Virus record (IMG/VR): IMGVR_UViG_3300028909_000018
Location: 1 to 64,000 of that record
From: a virus
Length of the DNA stretch: 64,000 nt
Reading direction: 5' to 3' (one strand)
Every line of letters begins with the position of its first letter. The stretch's first letter is position 1. The position numbers were made by a program, and so were the translations under genes. The notes under the pieces are model-generated. The model was not told where the DNA came from and did no database searches. It was given only the letters and a program-made list of their open reading frames with translations. Positions 28,893 to 37,887 of the stretch are shown here, piece after piece.

Positions 28893-30895
28893 GGCTGCAC
28901 CAATCCTGTGTTGGTCTGTTGATAATCATTTACCTTGTATCGACCGAATAATTTCATCTGAACAGGATGCATGATATCATTAACAAACTTTTGATAAGTA
29001 TCCAACATGCGTGGAGCCTGAACCTCGTAGGCGAAGGTCTGATAGTAGAATGAATCCTGAAGGTATGTGGTGTCGGAAGTGAAGGACTGATTATTGAGGT
29101 AATATCCTTGTGACTTGCCTGTTCCATCGACAATGGCCGTTCCCTGTGCGTAGATTTGACCGTTGCCATAGATCGACACCGGCTCACCCGGCTGAAATCC
29201 ATAACCAGAATCCACCACCTGAAGAGATGTCATGATTCCTGCCAGATTATTCGCCGTCGCAACCACATTGGCGTCACCACCAAGATAACCACCATGACCA
29301 TCGGGAATCTGCATCTGGAAGATCAATGGCTCCACGATGGTCACGGCTGGGCTTGACGTATAGAAGTCGCCGGGACTCTCGCGGGTCAGGGTAGAAATCT
29401 TACCGGCGACAATTGTCTGATAGGTGAGGGCCAGATTGATTGGTGTGTCAAAGTTAGAATTTAATAAAATACCAGGGAAAATCCAATTGGTGTCTCTAAC
29501 GGTGGAATTGATATAGGCATGGGCGAGGGAAGTCTGACCATGGACATTTGATGTGGGGAGGAAATAACCGTTGGCGACATCAATATTCAAGGTGGATGTG
29601 TTGGCGAAGGTCACCGTGCCATTGGCGTTATAATTAATTAGATTGCCCACCGAATTCACCCTGATGACATTACCCGATGAAGAGCCGACCAGAGAGACGC
29701 CGCTAATCAGGTTGGCGTTTAGAAGCTGCGTCTGTGGTCCTGTAAGCGCCACATAGGAAGGGTTGTCAATCGCGATGACCTGAAGCCCACTGATGCCGAG
29801 AGACGTGTTGGAGAGGGTTTCCAGATTGGTGAGAGCATTTCCCACCGTATAGGCGAAATCAAGATAGATGCCGTTGGCGTTTGAGTTGACGACCTCTCCC
29901 ACGGTGAAGGAGGCCGAGGCATTGGAAATATTCAGGGTGAAGCCTTCGGCCGAGTTATCCAACTGTGTGTTATAATATCCACTGATGATATCCGTATCGA
30001 TGGAATAAACTTTTTGATCGATGATATTTCCGATGGAAAATGTCGCGCCTGATCCGCCTCCACCAACCACGGTGATCTGGGCATTAACGGAGAATCCGTC
30101 GCCACCATCCGCCAGCGTGAACACCACCTTGCCATTTTCTGAATGGATCGAGGCGACTCTTCCTAGGGCCGAGGCACCGCTACCAGTGATATTGACCACA
30201 TCACCGACATTAAACTGACCACCACCATCATCAATCGAGATAGCCGAGAGAGAGCCGATGATTGTCGCCGTGTTGAAAGTTGTGAGTTGAGGAAGATCAA
30301 CCGAGAGAACATATTCACCATATCTGAAGTTGCCCACCACGTTGGAGAGCGTCAGAACATTGATAACCTTGTTGTTCAGCGTGATGAGGTTATAATCTTC
30401 CACCAGCGCCGTGGCGAGGCTGGATGAGGAATAGATGGTGCAACCAACCATCTCTGGCAGGAATTGATTGTTGGTGACCTCGATATAGGATTTCTGGACC
30501 CATGTGTTGTTGGATGTTCTGAAAAGATTCTGGCCGGGATAATAGAACTCGATATCTTCGTTGAAGAGAATTCTGAACAGCAACTCATAACCACGCTTGG
30601 TTCCTGTGGCTCTCCATAGGTCTTGAATATGTTTAATTAGAAGTCTCGTATCAACCATGAGATTGTTGGGCAGGGAGCCGAGATATTCGTCCTTGAAATA
30701 TTGTACAAAATCATCGGGCGTGGTGTCGATGTCACTATATTCGCCCAACTTTCTAGAATGATAAAGAACGTTGTTGGCCGACTCCATCCACTGATAATAG
30801 GCCTTGGTGAAGGAGACGAAGGTGTTGCCGTCAGGACCACGATAGAAGGCAGGGAACTGACCCGGAATATATTGGTTTGTGATTAATTCGGTCAT
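28889..30895 (-). CDS. gp7: Baseplate wedge gp7-like protein
   Basis: F..AYYQWME, LIKHI.D.W...GT...YELLFRILFNE and LQDSFYYQ.FAYE...MHP..MKLFG motifs; follows gp6. Confidence 0.75.
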   Translation of the reverse strand: MTELITNQYIPGQFPAFYRGPDGNTFVSFTKAYYQWMESANNVLYHSRKLGEYSDIDTTPDDFVQYFKDEYLGSLPNNLMVDTRLLIKHIQDLWRATGTKRGYELLFRILFNEDIEFYYPGQNLFRTSNNTWVQKSYIEVTNNQFLPEMVGCTIYSSSSLATALVEDYNLITLNNKVINVLTLSNVVGNFRYGEYVLSVDLPQLTTFNTATIIGSLSAISIDDGGGQFNVGDVVNITGSGASALGRVASIHSENGKVVFTLADGGDGFSVNAQITVVGGGGSGATFSIGNIIDQKVYSIDTDIISGYYNTQLDNSAEGFTLNISNASASFTVGEVVNSNANGIYLDFAYTVGNALTNLETLSNTSLGISGLQVIAIDNPSYVALTGPQTQLLNANLISGVSLVGSSSGNVIRVNSVGNLINYNANGTVTFANTSTLNIDVANGYFLPTSNVHGQTSLAHAYINSTVRDTNWIFPGILLNSNFDTPINLALTYQTIVAGKISTLTRESPGDFYTSSPAVTIVEPLIFQMQIPDGHGGYLGGDANVVATANNLAGIMTSLQVVDSGYGFQPGEPVSIYGNGQIYAQGTAIVDGTGKSQGYYLNNQSFTSDTTYLQDSFYYQTFAYEVQAPRMLDTYQKFVNDIMHPVQMKLFGRYKVNDYQQTNTGLVQP

Positions 30896-32670
30896 CAGTT
30901 ATTCGCGATGTTGATGAAGAGCCCACCGATGGAGTCCACTTCGATAATATCATTTCCCACAGGGTAAATATCCTGATTCTGTGGCGTGGCGTAGATCGAG
31001 AGACTTGTGTACCCATTGGGATATCCAGAAATATTCATGTTGGTCATATTTATGTAGCCATTCGCATAGTTGACCGTGCCAATCTGGGTCGGATTTATAA
31101 CCGCGTTATTGGAGAAATATTGGATGATATAAACCAATGAGGAAGGCGTGTTGGGAACAATCTTATCCGTCAGCACATAAGTATTTGATCCCATCATGAA
31201 AGGCGACGACGCCATGGCGGTGATGGGATTATTGAAGACGACAGTAGCCGAGGCGTTGGTGTTGAGGATGACGCTTACATCCTTTCGCATCATGATAGAA
31301 GTCTCATTACTCAGGATGGATTCATCGATATCATTGATACTCTGGACCAGCTTTGAATATCTGAATGGCGTGGTGAACTTCTGAAGATTGTTGCTGGAGA
31401 AGTTGATGATGTTATTCGAGACCACGGTCTTGTAGTCGGAGGCCGAGATGGTTGACTGTGTGAAGTCCACATGCACGTTAGAAGTCACCTGAAGGTAGAG
31501 AATAGAAGGATCAACGAACATCACCTGATAATTTATGATGTCATAGTTTTGAATGAAAGTCTGGATTTGATTTTTGAGAGCGGCGGTGGCGGGGTTGCCG
31601 TTGTTTGTCACCAGCGCAATGAAGATGATACCGAACTGCACCCCTGTCGTCGTGATCCCGCCTGAGTAGACGCTACAGTCGGTAATAGACGGGAAATTTT
31701 CCAAAACCAGAGTCTTGAAGTTATTCGTGGTAACGGCGTTTTCCTGCGTCTGATAATGACGAGGATTATTAAAACGAATCGAGTCGATTGATTCCGCCGA
31801 TGATCCACCCGAGGAAGAACTTAAAGGCGTGATGGAAACGTAGTAAGTCGAGCCGCCATTATAGGCAGAGAGACTAGATGAAAGTGAGAACATGTTGACG
31901 TAGTTAGCATCCGCGCCATTGGTGACGCGATAGGTGGCGACGAGGGTGGAACCAGACTGAGGAACATATCCCATCACGCCATCACCAAATTGAATCTGAT
32001 AGTTGTTAGATGAAGCCGCCTGAAGGAAGTAAATATGTGAATTACTATTCAGACCATAAAGATTCTTGGCCTCGGTGAAGATTGTGTTGGTCGATCCGGC
32101 ATTTTCCGCGACATAGACGGAGAGCGAATTGGTGTCGATGTTGGGGCTTGAAAGAGTGAATAGTTGGTTGTTGACGCTGTTGTCCACAGAAAATATGTCG
32201 GCCTTGTTATAGCCTTCGTATATCACCACATTGGCGAAGTAGAAATTATTGTTGGATGAGGTAATCACATAGTTCTGGTCGGTGACAAACGAGAATGATC
32301 CGTTGGAATTCTGTCCACTGAAAATACTGCCACGAGGAATTTCAAATGTGTTGATGTTATTTGCCTGAATGGTGATGTTCAGGGATGTCGAGGCGGAAGA
32401 CATCGAGTAAGGAATATAATTCAGTTCCTTGGCCTTGGAGACCAGACTGTCACGAAGTTGGGCCGAATCATTGAAACGTTCCGAGAACGACATATTCATA
32501 TAGAAAGAGTTGATGAATGTGTTACGCGCCAGCACATCGAGCAGCACGTTCATGTTCGATCCGCTGAAATCATAGTCACGGAAAATAGACTGATTCTGGA
32601 GCCAATTTATTTGATTGGCCTTCAGGGTATCAGGATCAAGGCTCGTGAGGGTGATATTTGTGTTGGCCAT
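30895..32670 (-). CDS. gp6: Baseplate wedge gp6
   Basis: LD.D.LK, DYDFSGSNMNVLLDVLA.NT, SAQLRDS, FGDG..G and ESIDSIR..P..Y.TQ motifs; ATG 32670 after late box 32691-32697. Confidence 0.92.
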   Translation of the reverse strand: MANTNITLTSLDPDTLKANQINWLQNQSIFRDYDFSGSNMNVLLDVLARNTFINSFYMNMSFSERFNDSAQLRDSLVSKAKELNYIPYSMSSASTSLNITIQANNINTFEIPRGSIFSGQNSNGSFSFVTDQNYVITSSNNNFYFANVVIYEGYNKADIFSVDNSVNNQLFTLSSPNIDTNSLSVYVAENAGSTNTIFTEAKNLYGLNSNSHIYFLQAASSNNYQIQFGDGVMGYVPQSGSTLVATYRVTNGADANYVNMFSLSSSLSAYNGGSTYYVSITPLSSSSGGSSAESIDSIRFNNPRHYQTQENAVTTNNFKTLVLENFPSITDCSVYSGGITTTGVQFGIIFIALVTNNGNPATAALKNQIQTFIQNYDIINYQVMFVDPSILYLQVTSNVHVDFTQSTISASDYKTVVSNNIINFSSNNLQKFTTPFRYSKLVQSINDIDESILSNETSIMMRKDVSVILNTNASATVVFNNPITAMASSPFMMGSNTYVLTDKIVPNTPSSLVYIIQYFSNNAVINPTQIGTVNYANGYINMTNMNISGYPNGYTSLSIYATPQNQDIYPVGNDIIEVDSIGGLFINIANN

Positions 32671-32701
32671 ATCTTCTTTCTTTTTATAGATATTTATTGC
32701 T

Positions 32702-33301
32702 TCATACAACCTTCATGTGGTGGGTGTGGACCATGGTTCCAAAATCTGTTTCTTTGGATTCTGTCTTGATGTGTTTTAAGTTTGTTCCACGAGGCAGGAT
32801 CATCTCTCTCTCGGTCGATAATCCTAAATTCGCGGCATAGGCGGTAGGATGACCCTTGGGAACATGAATTTTCATGATATGTTTCACAAGATTTGATTTT
32901 GATACATGATTCCCGGCGAATTCATGTGCAACTCTTTCCCTCAATGAGGTAGAAAGATAGGCAGGATGATGAACAATACCCCCAGAATTCATGTGCTCCC
33001 TTGGGTCGATCTTGGTTCCACTATAGACTTTTAGGCTTGTGGGTGACTTGTGACTTGCTATGGCGGCATCAAGAGCCTGTGATTTGTCGTGTAACTCATG
33101 ATTAGTATAGTCATCATGTTCATATTCTTCCCCATGATGCTTCGCCCAATGATAACCATTCATGGCTCGGGCCACACGAGACTTCTGATAGTCTCTAATC
33201 GCTCCAAAATGAGGATATTCATAGTCATAATGACTAGATATTTTATGATCTACAGTTGAGGCTCTGCTTTTATCATCAACAATTTCTCTTAAATATTTCA
33301 T
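32702..33301 (-). CDS. ADP-ribosyltransferase-like (VIP2/Alt-type) protein
   Basis: MKYLREIVD; VYSG, YLSTS, TEREMILPRG. Confidence 0.8.
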   Translation of the reverse strand: MKYLREIVDDKSRASTVDHKISSHYDYEYPHFGAIRDYQKSRVARAMNGYHWAKHHGEEYEHDDYTNHELHDKSQALDAAIASHKSPTSLKVYSGTKIDPREHMNSGGIVHHPAYLSTSLRERVAHEFAGNHVSKSNLVKHIMKIHVPKGHPTAYAANLGLSTEREMILPRGTNLKHIKTESKETDFGTMVHTHHMKVV

Positions 33302-33717
33302 TATCGCACCCTTGTTAAAATAACCGTGACGGAAAGATTTGGAGCATTCTGTATAGAGAAGTAAATCACCACACTGAGGGCATTGGGGATGGTTTGTGAA
33401 TCGACAGTGATGCCAAGCACGGCGGCGCGAGGCTCGTTATGGCCGATAGCATCCATGAGCGTCTGCTTGACGACGGATTCTGTCAGCGTGTCGGATAATC
33501 CAAATAATCCATAGTTACCAGACTGACCGATGGTCTCATCATAAAGTCTTTCCCCCAGAATGGTTCTGGCAATATTTTTGATGGACTGCTTGACGGAATT
33601 TTCATTGGTGACCTTGGCCAGATCATTCGAGAAGGGAGCCTTGAGGAAATTATCGGTGAAGTCGGAGTAGAGAACTCCTAACTTGCTGGTGATGGTCTGA
33701 TTGTTGGCGATATTCAT
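33301..33717 (-). CDS. gp25: Baseplate wedge gp25
   Basis: YSD, SVKQSIKNI..T..GER, EPR and C-terminal L.RVR motifs. Confidence 0.9.
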   Translation of the reverse strand: MNIANNQTITSKLGVLYSDFTDNFLKAPFSNDLAKVTNENSVKQSIKNIARTILGERLYDETIGQSGNYGLFGLSDTLTESVVKQTLMDAIGHNEPRAAVLGITVDSQTIPNALSVVIYFSIQNAPNLSVTVILTRVR

Positions 33718-33741
33718 CTAACTTCCTTTTAATTATTTATT

Positions 33742-34959
33742 TTACCACGTACCGCCATCAAGATCAGCTAGGTCTGATGTCAGAAGAGCCTGAAGATATG
33801 TATTTGTGACATCTCCTGTTCCAAAAGATGATGTTGAATTTATGACGACATTAACAGTAGAATTACCAATAGTTATAGAATTTGATACCGAAATTATATT
33901 ATTAACTGATAAATTATTACTTATATTTACGGTATTTGTAGAATAATCGAATGAAAATGCATTCGTTGCGTTAAATGTATTTCCCTGATTAAATTGAATA
34001 TTGGTGTTGGTCCCAGCAGCCGAGATGGTTGTGGTTGTCCAAAAGGCACCATTACCATTAGAGGCGAGAGACTGCCCCGGTGTTCCCAAGGAACCATTGG
34101 CCATCACACCAAGCTGGCCGATATTTAGAACGGAGGTATTGACAAATTGAACAGGATCACCGATCATAATTGCTGGCGTGATGATCATCGTGGAATTAAT
34201 CTGGGTGTTTGTCACGCTGTTGCCGACCACCAGCAGGGTGTTGCCAGAAATATTATTCATAAAGTAGAAGGTAACGTTGGCGTAGGCGTTGGGCGTCGTG
34301 ATATTATGGTTGGCGGTGGCGTTATGTTGAATATAATTATTACTATTCAACGTCATGGTGTCAACGGAGGTAAGCTGAAGCTTCTTCTGACCTAGAACGT
34401 CATAGTTTCCACCTGTGTACTGACCAAATTCGGAGTTGACATTTTCATACTTGACGCCACCGATGAAGGTAACCTTGTCGCCCATGACATTATGATGTTG
34501 ATCACCATCATTAACATCTGACGTGACGCTGCCGGATGTCGAATGAATATGAGCACCCGTGCCATGCGTGTAATGGGTACCCTTGGTTACCTGTGTGGTG
34601 TCTCCACCAGCCGCTTGCCACTTATCCCCACCATGCTCGTTATGGTGGTCGGAAGTGACCTGAGAGACCGTGGAGCCTCCAACTTTATTATGGTGATTAA
34701 GATCGACGGTGGAAGTATGTCCCAGCTTGGAATAGTTGAAACTCTGACCCATCTTAAGGTGTTTGTGACCCGCGCTGTTGTCAACCTCTTCGAAGGTTCC
34801 TAGCTTATGCCCCATCGCCTGTGACTCATTATTAGGCGTCTCATCGACACGGTTCCATGATCCATCTCGAAACTGTTCGAATCTGACGTAGGGATAATCT
34901 CCCGGCAACATTAGGCTGGGTAGACGAACATTTGTGTTAGATGTTGTATTTGATACCAA
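33742..34959 (-). CDS. gp5C: gp5 C-terminal part (beta-helix spike region) fused to a fibre-like tail
   Basis: YPY......DETP.NE....H..GTFEEVD motif then V.GD/V.G.-type repeats; likely TTG start 34959 (AGAGGA RBS, late box 34980-34986). Confidence 0.75.
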   Translation of the reverse strand: MVSNTTSNTNVRLPSLMLPGDYPYVRFEQFRDGSWNRVDETPNNESQAMGHKLGTFEEVDNSAGHKHLKMGQSFNYSKLGHTSTVDLNHHNKVGGSTVSQVTSDHHNEHGGDKWQAAGGDTTQVTKGTHYTHGTGAHIHSTSGSVTSDVNDGDQHHNVMGDKVTFIGGVKYENVNSEFGQYTGGNYDVLGQKKLQLTSVDTMTLNSNNYIQHNATANHNITTPNAYANVTFYFMNNISGNTLLVVGNSVTNTQINSTMIITPAIMIGDPVQFVNTSVLNIGQLGVMANGSLGTPGQSLASNGNGAFWTTTTISAAGTNTNIQFNQGNTFNATNAFSFDYSTNTVNISNNLSVNNIISVSNSITIGNSTVNVVINSTSSFGTGDVTNTYLQALLTSDLADLDGGTW

Positions 34960-35041
34960 AAAATCATTCCTCTTTTTTATATTTATCGCTTGACGTGGCC
35001 TTCTTTTTCGTTTAGAAGTGTCAGACACAAGGAGTTTTAAA

Positions 35042-35437
35042 ATGCCTGATCCAAAAATTCGATACACCAATCTGGTCTGTGTTTCCTACAAGGCCAACGC
35101 CTTAACGACCGAGTACCATTTCATGGGCCTCACCAAGGAAGAGGCCGACGCCAAGCTTCAGGAGTTTCTGAATAAGAAGTCTCCTGAGCCTGCTCCCGCC
35201 CCTGTGGTGGAGGCTCCCAAACCCATTCCCGTCGTCTTCCCCTCTTTCGCCCCGTCTGCGTCTCCCTCTCTCACCTTCTCCGACACCAAACATGATCAAC
35301 CCCTTTATGGCAACACCGGAAAGACGTGGATGATTTCTAAGGAGAAACATGAGCGTGTCAGAGTAGACGCCGACAAGGTGGAGAGCTATCTTGCTGCCGG
35401 ATATATCAAGGGTGGACCCCGCACTTCAATCGATTGA
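35042..35437 (+). CDS. Hypothetical early protein
   Basis: AAGGAG RBS; Pro-rich linker; C-terminal GKTWM...YL..GY.KG. Confidence 0.7.
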   Translation: MPDPKIRYTNLVCVSYKANALTTEYHFMGLTKEEADAKLQEFLNKKSPEPAPAPVVEAPKPIPVVFPSFAPSASPSLTFSDTKHDQPLYGNTGKTWMISKEKHERVRVDADKVESYLAAGYIKGGPRTSID

Positions 35438-35451
35438 GAAGGAGATTTAAA

Positions 35452-35619
35452 ATGGAATATCGTGCTAGTTACATACGTGAGTTGATGCCGAAGAAGCCTT
35501 CCACCTTCGAACTGATGCAGGAGCAAATGGTCGTTGTGGCGAAAGGGTGGACATCGAGTTCTTCATTATGCAATGTATTTTTCCGAGGAAGAGGCTGTTT
35601 CTCTTCGGGAGAAATTTGA
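35452..35619 (+). CDS. Hypothetical protein
   Basis: AAGGAG RBS before ATG 35452. Confidence 0.45.
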   Translation: MEYRASYIRELMPKKPSTFELMQEQMVVVAKGWTSSSSLCNVFFRGRGCFSSGEI

Positions 35620-35717
35620 AAAACTTGGGTTCATCGTAAATGTAAATAAAAATGCATTTGGTGATGAATATGACAATTCTCACTTGATTTCTATTCATTG
35701 GTGAAAGGAATAATATC

Positions 35718-35999
35718 ATGGAAAAGCATCCTCTACAGGTGGCGCTGGAATCCTTGGCCGAGGAATATGACTTCAGGGTTCGGTCCTATTCAGGTCGTGG
35801 AATGTATGGGGCCGAATGCCTCGCCATCTTCGGTGAAGACATTAACCCGATGCAAATCGGCTTTCTCGTAGGCCGAGATTATAGTATGGATTTTCATCAT
35901 CTAGATGGTTGGAAAAAAGACACCATGGGTCATCATCGAGTTGTTTACTATTGGCCTCAGATCGATTATGTTGGAGGTTGGTTGAATGACGATGACTAA
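35718..35999 (+). CDS. Hypothetical phage protein
   Basis: RSYSGRGMYG.ECL motif; AAGGA RBS. Confidence 0.7.
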   Translation: MEKHPLQVALESLAEEYDFRVRSYSGRGMYGAECLAIFGEDINPMQIGFLVGRDYSMDFHHLDGWKKDTMGHHRVVYYWPQIDYVGGWLNDDD

Positions 36000-36064
36000 C
36001 CACCAAATTTGGTTTTCGATTGTTTTGTTTTGTCTTATCTTACACTTTTTGGGAGTATTTTAAA

Positions 36065-36379
36065 ATGGTAAATTATGAACGAAAGTATGTAGAAGTGATG
36101 CTTGCCGGATGGCTTGGTTTTCACATGAAGAGCCTAGACGAGGCCATCACATATCTACAAGGACTGAAGGCGCAATATGGTGACAACTGCACCATCAATG
36201 AGTATAATGATAGTTATGATAGTAAATATCTCGGTCTTTTTCAGGAGATTCCTGAGACCGACGCACAGATGAAAGTTCGTATCTCTCAGGAAGAGGATTT
36301 GGAAAAGCGCCGTTACAAGCAAGAGCGTCTTCAATATGAAGAACTGAAGAAGAAGTACGGAAAAATTTCTGCACTATAG
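36065..36379 (+). CDS. Hypothetical protein
   Basis: GGGAG RBS; C-terminal YEELKKKYG. Confidence 0.65.
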   Translation: MVNYERKYVEVMLAGWLGFHMKSLDEAITYLQGLKAQYGDNCTINEYNDSYDSKYLGLFQEIPETDAQMKVRISQEEDLEKRRYKQERLQYEELKKKYGKISAL

Positions 36380-36814
36380 GCCTAGCTCATTCTCTGTTAT
36401 TATCTGAAATTCCCATTCACGAGATTTACAATATTCTCGTGCATATTTCCATTTTGCATCGTTGATGGCGTAGGTCAGAACATCGTTAATAAACCCTTTA
36501 GACATTCTTTTTCCCTTGACAGGTGGAAGAGTCTGTTTGAAGGGTTTTATTTCGACCATGATAGTTTTAATAACTCCGTTACGATCCCGAATCTTGATCA
36601 CGGCGTCAGGAAAGTATCGGTGCTTCTTGTTATCCTTGGGAGAGATGTAAGGAACTATAACTTCTTCCGACGACCACTCCAAGACATCAGGCCGGGAGTC
36701 GAACTGCATATAAAGTTTTAATTCCCATGAGGATCGGTAGACGATGTTTGAAGGATCACCTTTATATTTCTGTGGGTTCTTCGCCCTGAACATTCCTTGA
36801 TGATATCTGGGCAT
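36374..36814 (-). CDS. gp4: Head completion protein gp4
   Basis: NPQKYKGD..NIVYRSSWE, WSSEE..VPY.SP.D.K.HRYFPD, EIKP..QT.PP and N.AKW motifs. Confidence 0.92.
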   Translation of the reverse strand: MPRYHQGMFRAKNPQKYKGDPSNIVYRSSWELKLYMQFDSRPDVLEWSSEEVIVPYISPKDNKKHRYFPDAVIKIRDRNGVIKTIMVEIKPFKQTLPPVKGKRMSKGFINDVLTYAINDAKWKYAREYCKSREWEFQIITENELGL

Positions 36815-36826
36815 TCATTCTTTCCA

Positions 36827-36849
36827 ATAAATATGTTTGTAATATTTAT
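36827..36849. promoter_or_regulatory. Pair of oppositely oriented late promoters for gp48 (+) and gp4 (-)
   Basis: ATAAATA on plus at 36827-36833 and on minus at 36843-36849. Confidence 0.7.
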
Positions 36850-36863
36850 CAGAAGGAACGAAC

Positions 36864-37880
36864 TTGGCCTTTATAACAAATATATTAAATGACCTTGAGA
36901 TTGCTGGTGTCATCACCGCTGCCGTTGGAACTGCGGCGCTGGTGGCGACAGCAGCAGAGGTATATAGTCTTTCGGGATCAACAAACGCAACAGATTATAC
37001 TAATTCTCAGACCACAGTATATCCTACTGATCTTTTAAGTTCATCATCGGCCAACAACGACTTCTGTATGAAGTTTGATTTTTATCAATATCAAAGACCG
37101 ACCATCTTCAGTAACGTTTTTACAAAACCGTTCGGAACAATCGTCCTTCCCATTCCCACGAACATCGTGGATCACCAGAGCATCGGTTATGTGGATTCAG
37201 ACCCAACAAATCCCGCCCTAGGCGCGGCGCTGGATGGCATGGTGGGCTCCTATAGGAATAATCAGGCCAACTGGATGGCGTCGGCCGTAGAGTCTCTTGG
37301 ACCAGCGTTATATGGCGCTGGAACGGCCGGGGCCGTTGGTGGGGCAACAAATATCTTGAATACTCTCGGAAAGACCGTTGGACTCGGTAATGCCGCCAAC
37401 AGAATCTTCCAGACATCCGGTCTCGCTGTCAACCCATATCTCACGGTTTTATTCACCGCCCCAACATTTAAAAGACATACTTTCATTTGGAAATTCATGC
37501 CTAATAATCTTCAGGAATCCAACACGATAAAATATATCATCAACAAATTTAAATATCATCAGCTTCCTGACACAAATCAGGCCACCGCAGGATCACTATT
37601 ACAATATCCCGATGTGGTTAGACCGACGATCATTCCCCAAGGATATGTCTACAGCTTTAAACATTGTGTGATTCAGGATTCCATCGCTAACTATGCCCCC
37701 GGCACGACGCCATCATTTGTCGGATCATCCAATGCGCCATCGGCTATTGAATTCACTATTCAGCTTCTTGAAATTGAGTATTTCCTTAAGCGTGATATGG
37801 TAAATACGACTGATCCAAATTTCTTGCCGCCTACAAGTGAAACGACAACAACAATAATTCCTCCATCGGCTAACGGTTAA
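36864..37880 (+). CDS. gp48: Baseplate tail tube cap gp48 (TTG start)
   Basis: IVLPIP, NPY..VLF.AP.FKRH.F.WKFMP.N..ES, YP and L.E.E motifs. Confidence 0.8.
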   Translation: MAFITNILNDLEIAGVITAAVGTAALVATAAEVYSLSGSTNATDYTNSQTTVYPTDLLSSSSANNDFCMKFDFYQYQRPTIFSNVFTKPFGTIVLPIPTNIVDHQSIGYVDSDPTNPALGAALDGMVGSYRNNQANWMASAVESLGPALYGAGTAGAVGGATNILNTLGKTVGLGNAANRIFQTSGLAVNPYLTVLFTAPTFKRHTFIWKFMPNNLQESNTIKYIINKFKYHQLPDTNQATAGSLLQYPDVVRPTIIPQGYVYSFKHCVIQDSIANYAPGTTPSFVGSSNAPSAIEFTIQLLEIEYFLKRDMVNTTDPNFLPPTSETTTTIIPPSANG

Positions 37881-37887
37881 TCAAATC

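Noticed and set aside
34960-35070. Track N-terminal extensions (gp5C from 35070, gp6 from 32709, gp45 from 60564, 8903)
   Set aside because: RBS, late-promoter position and homology favour the downstream starts.
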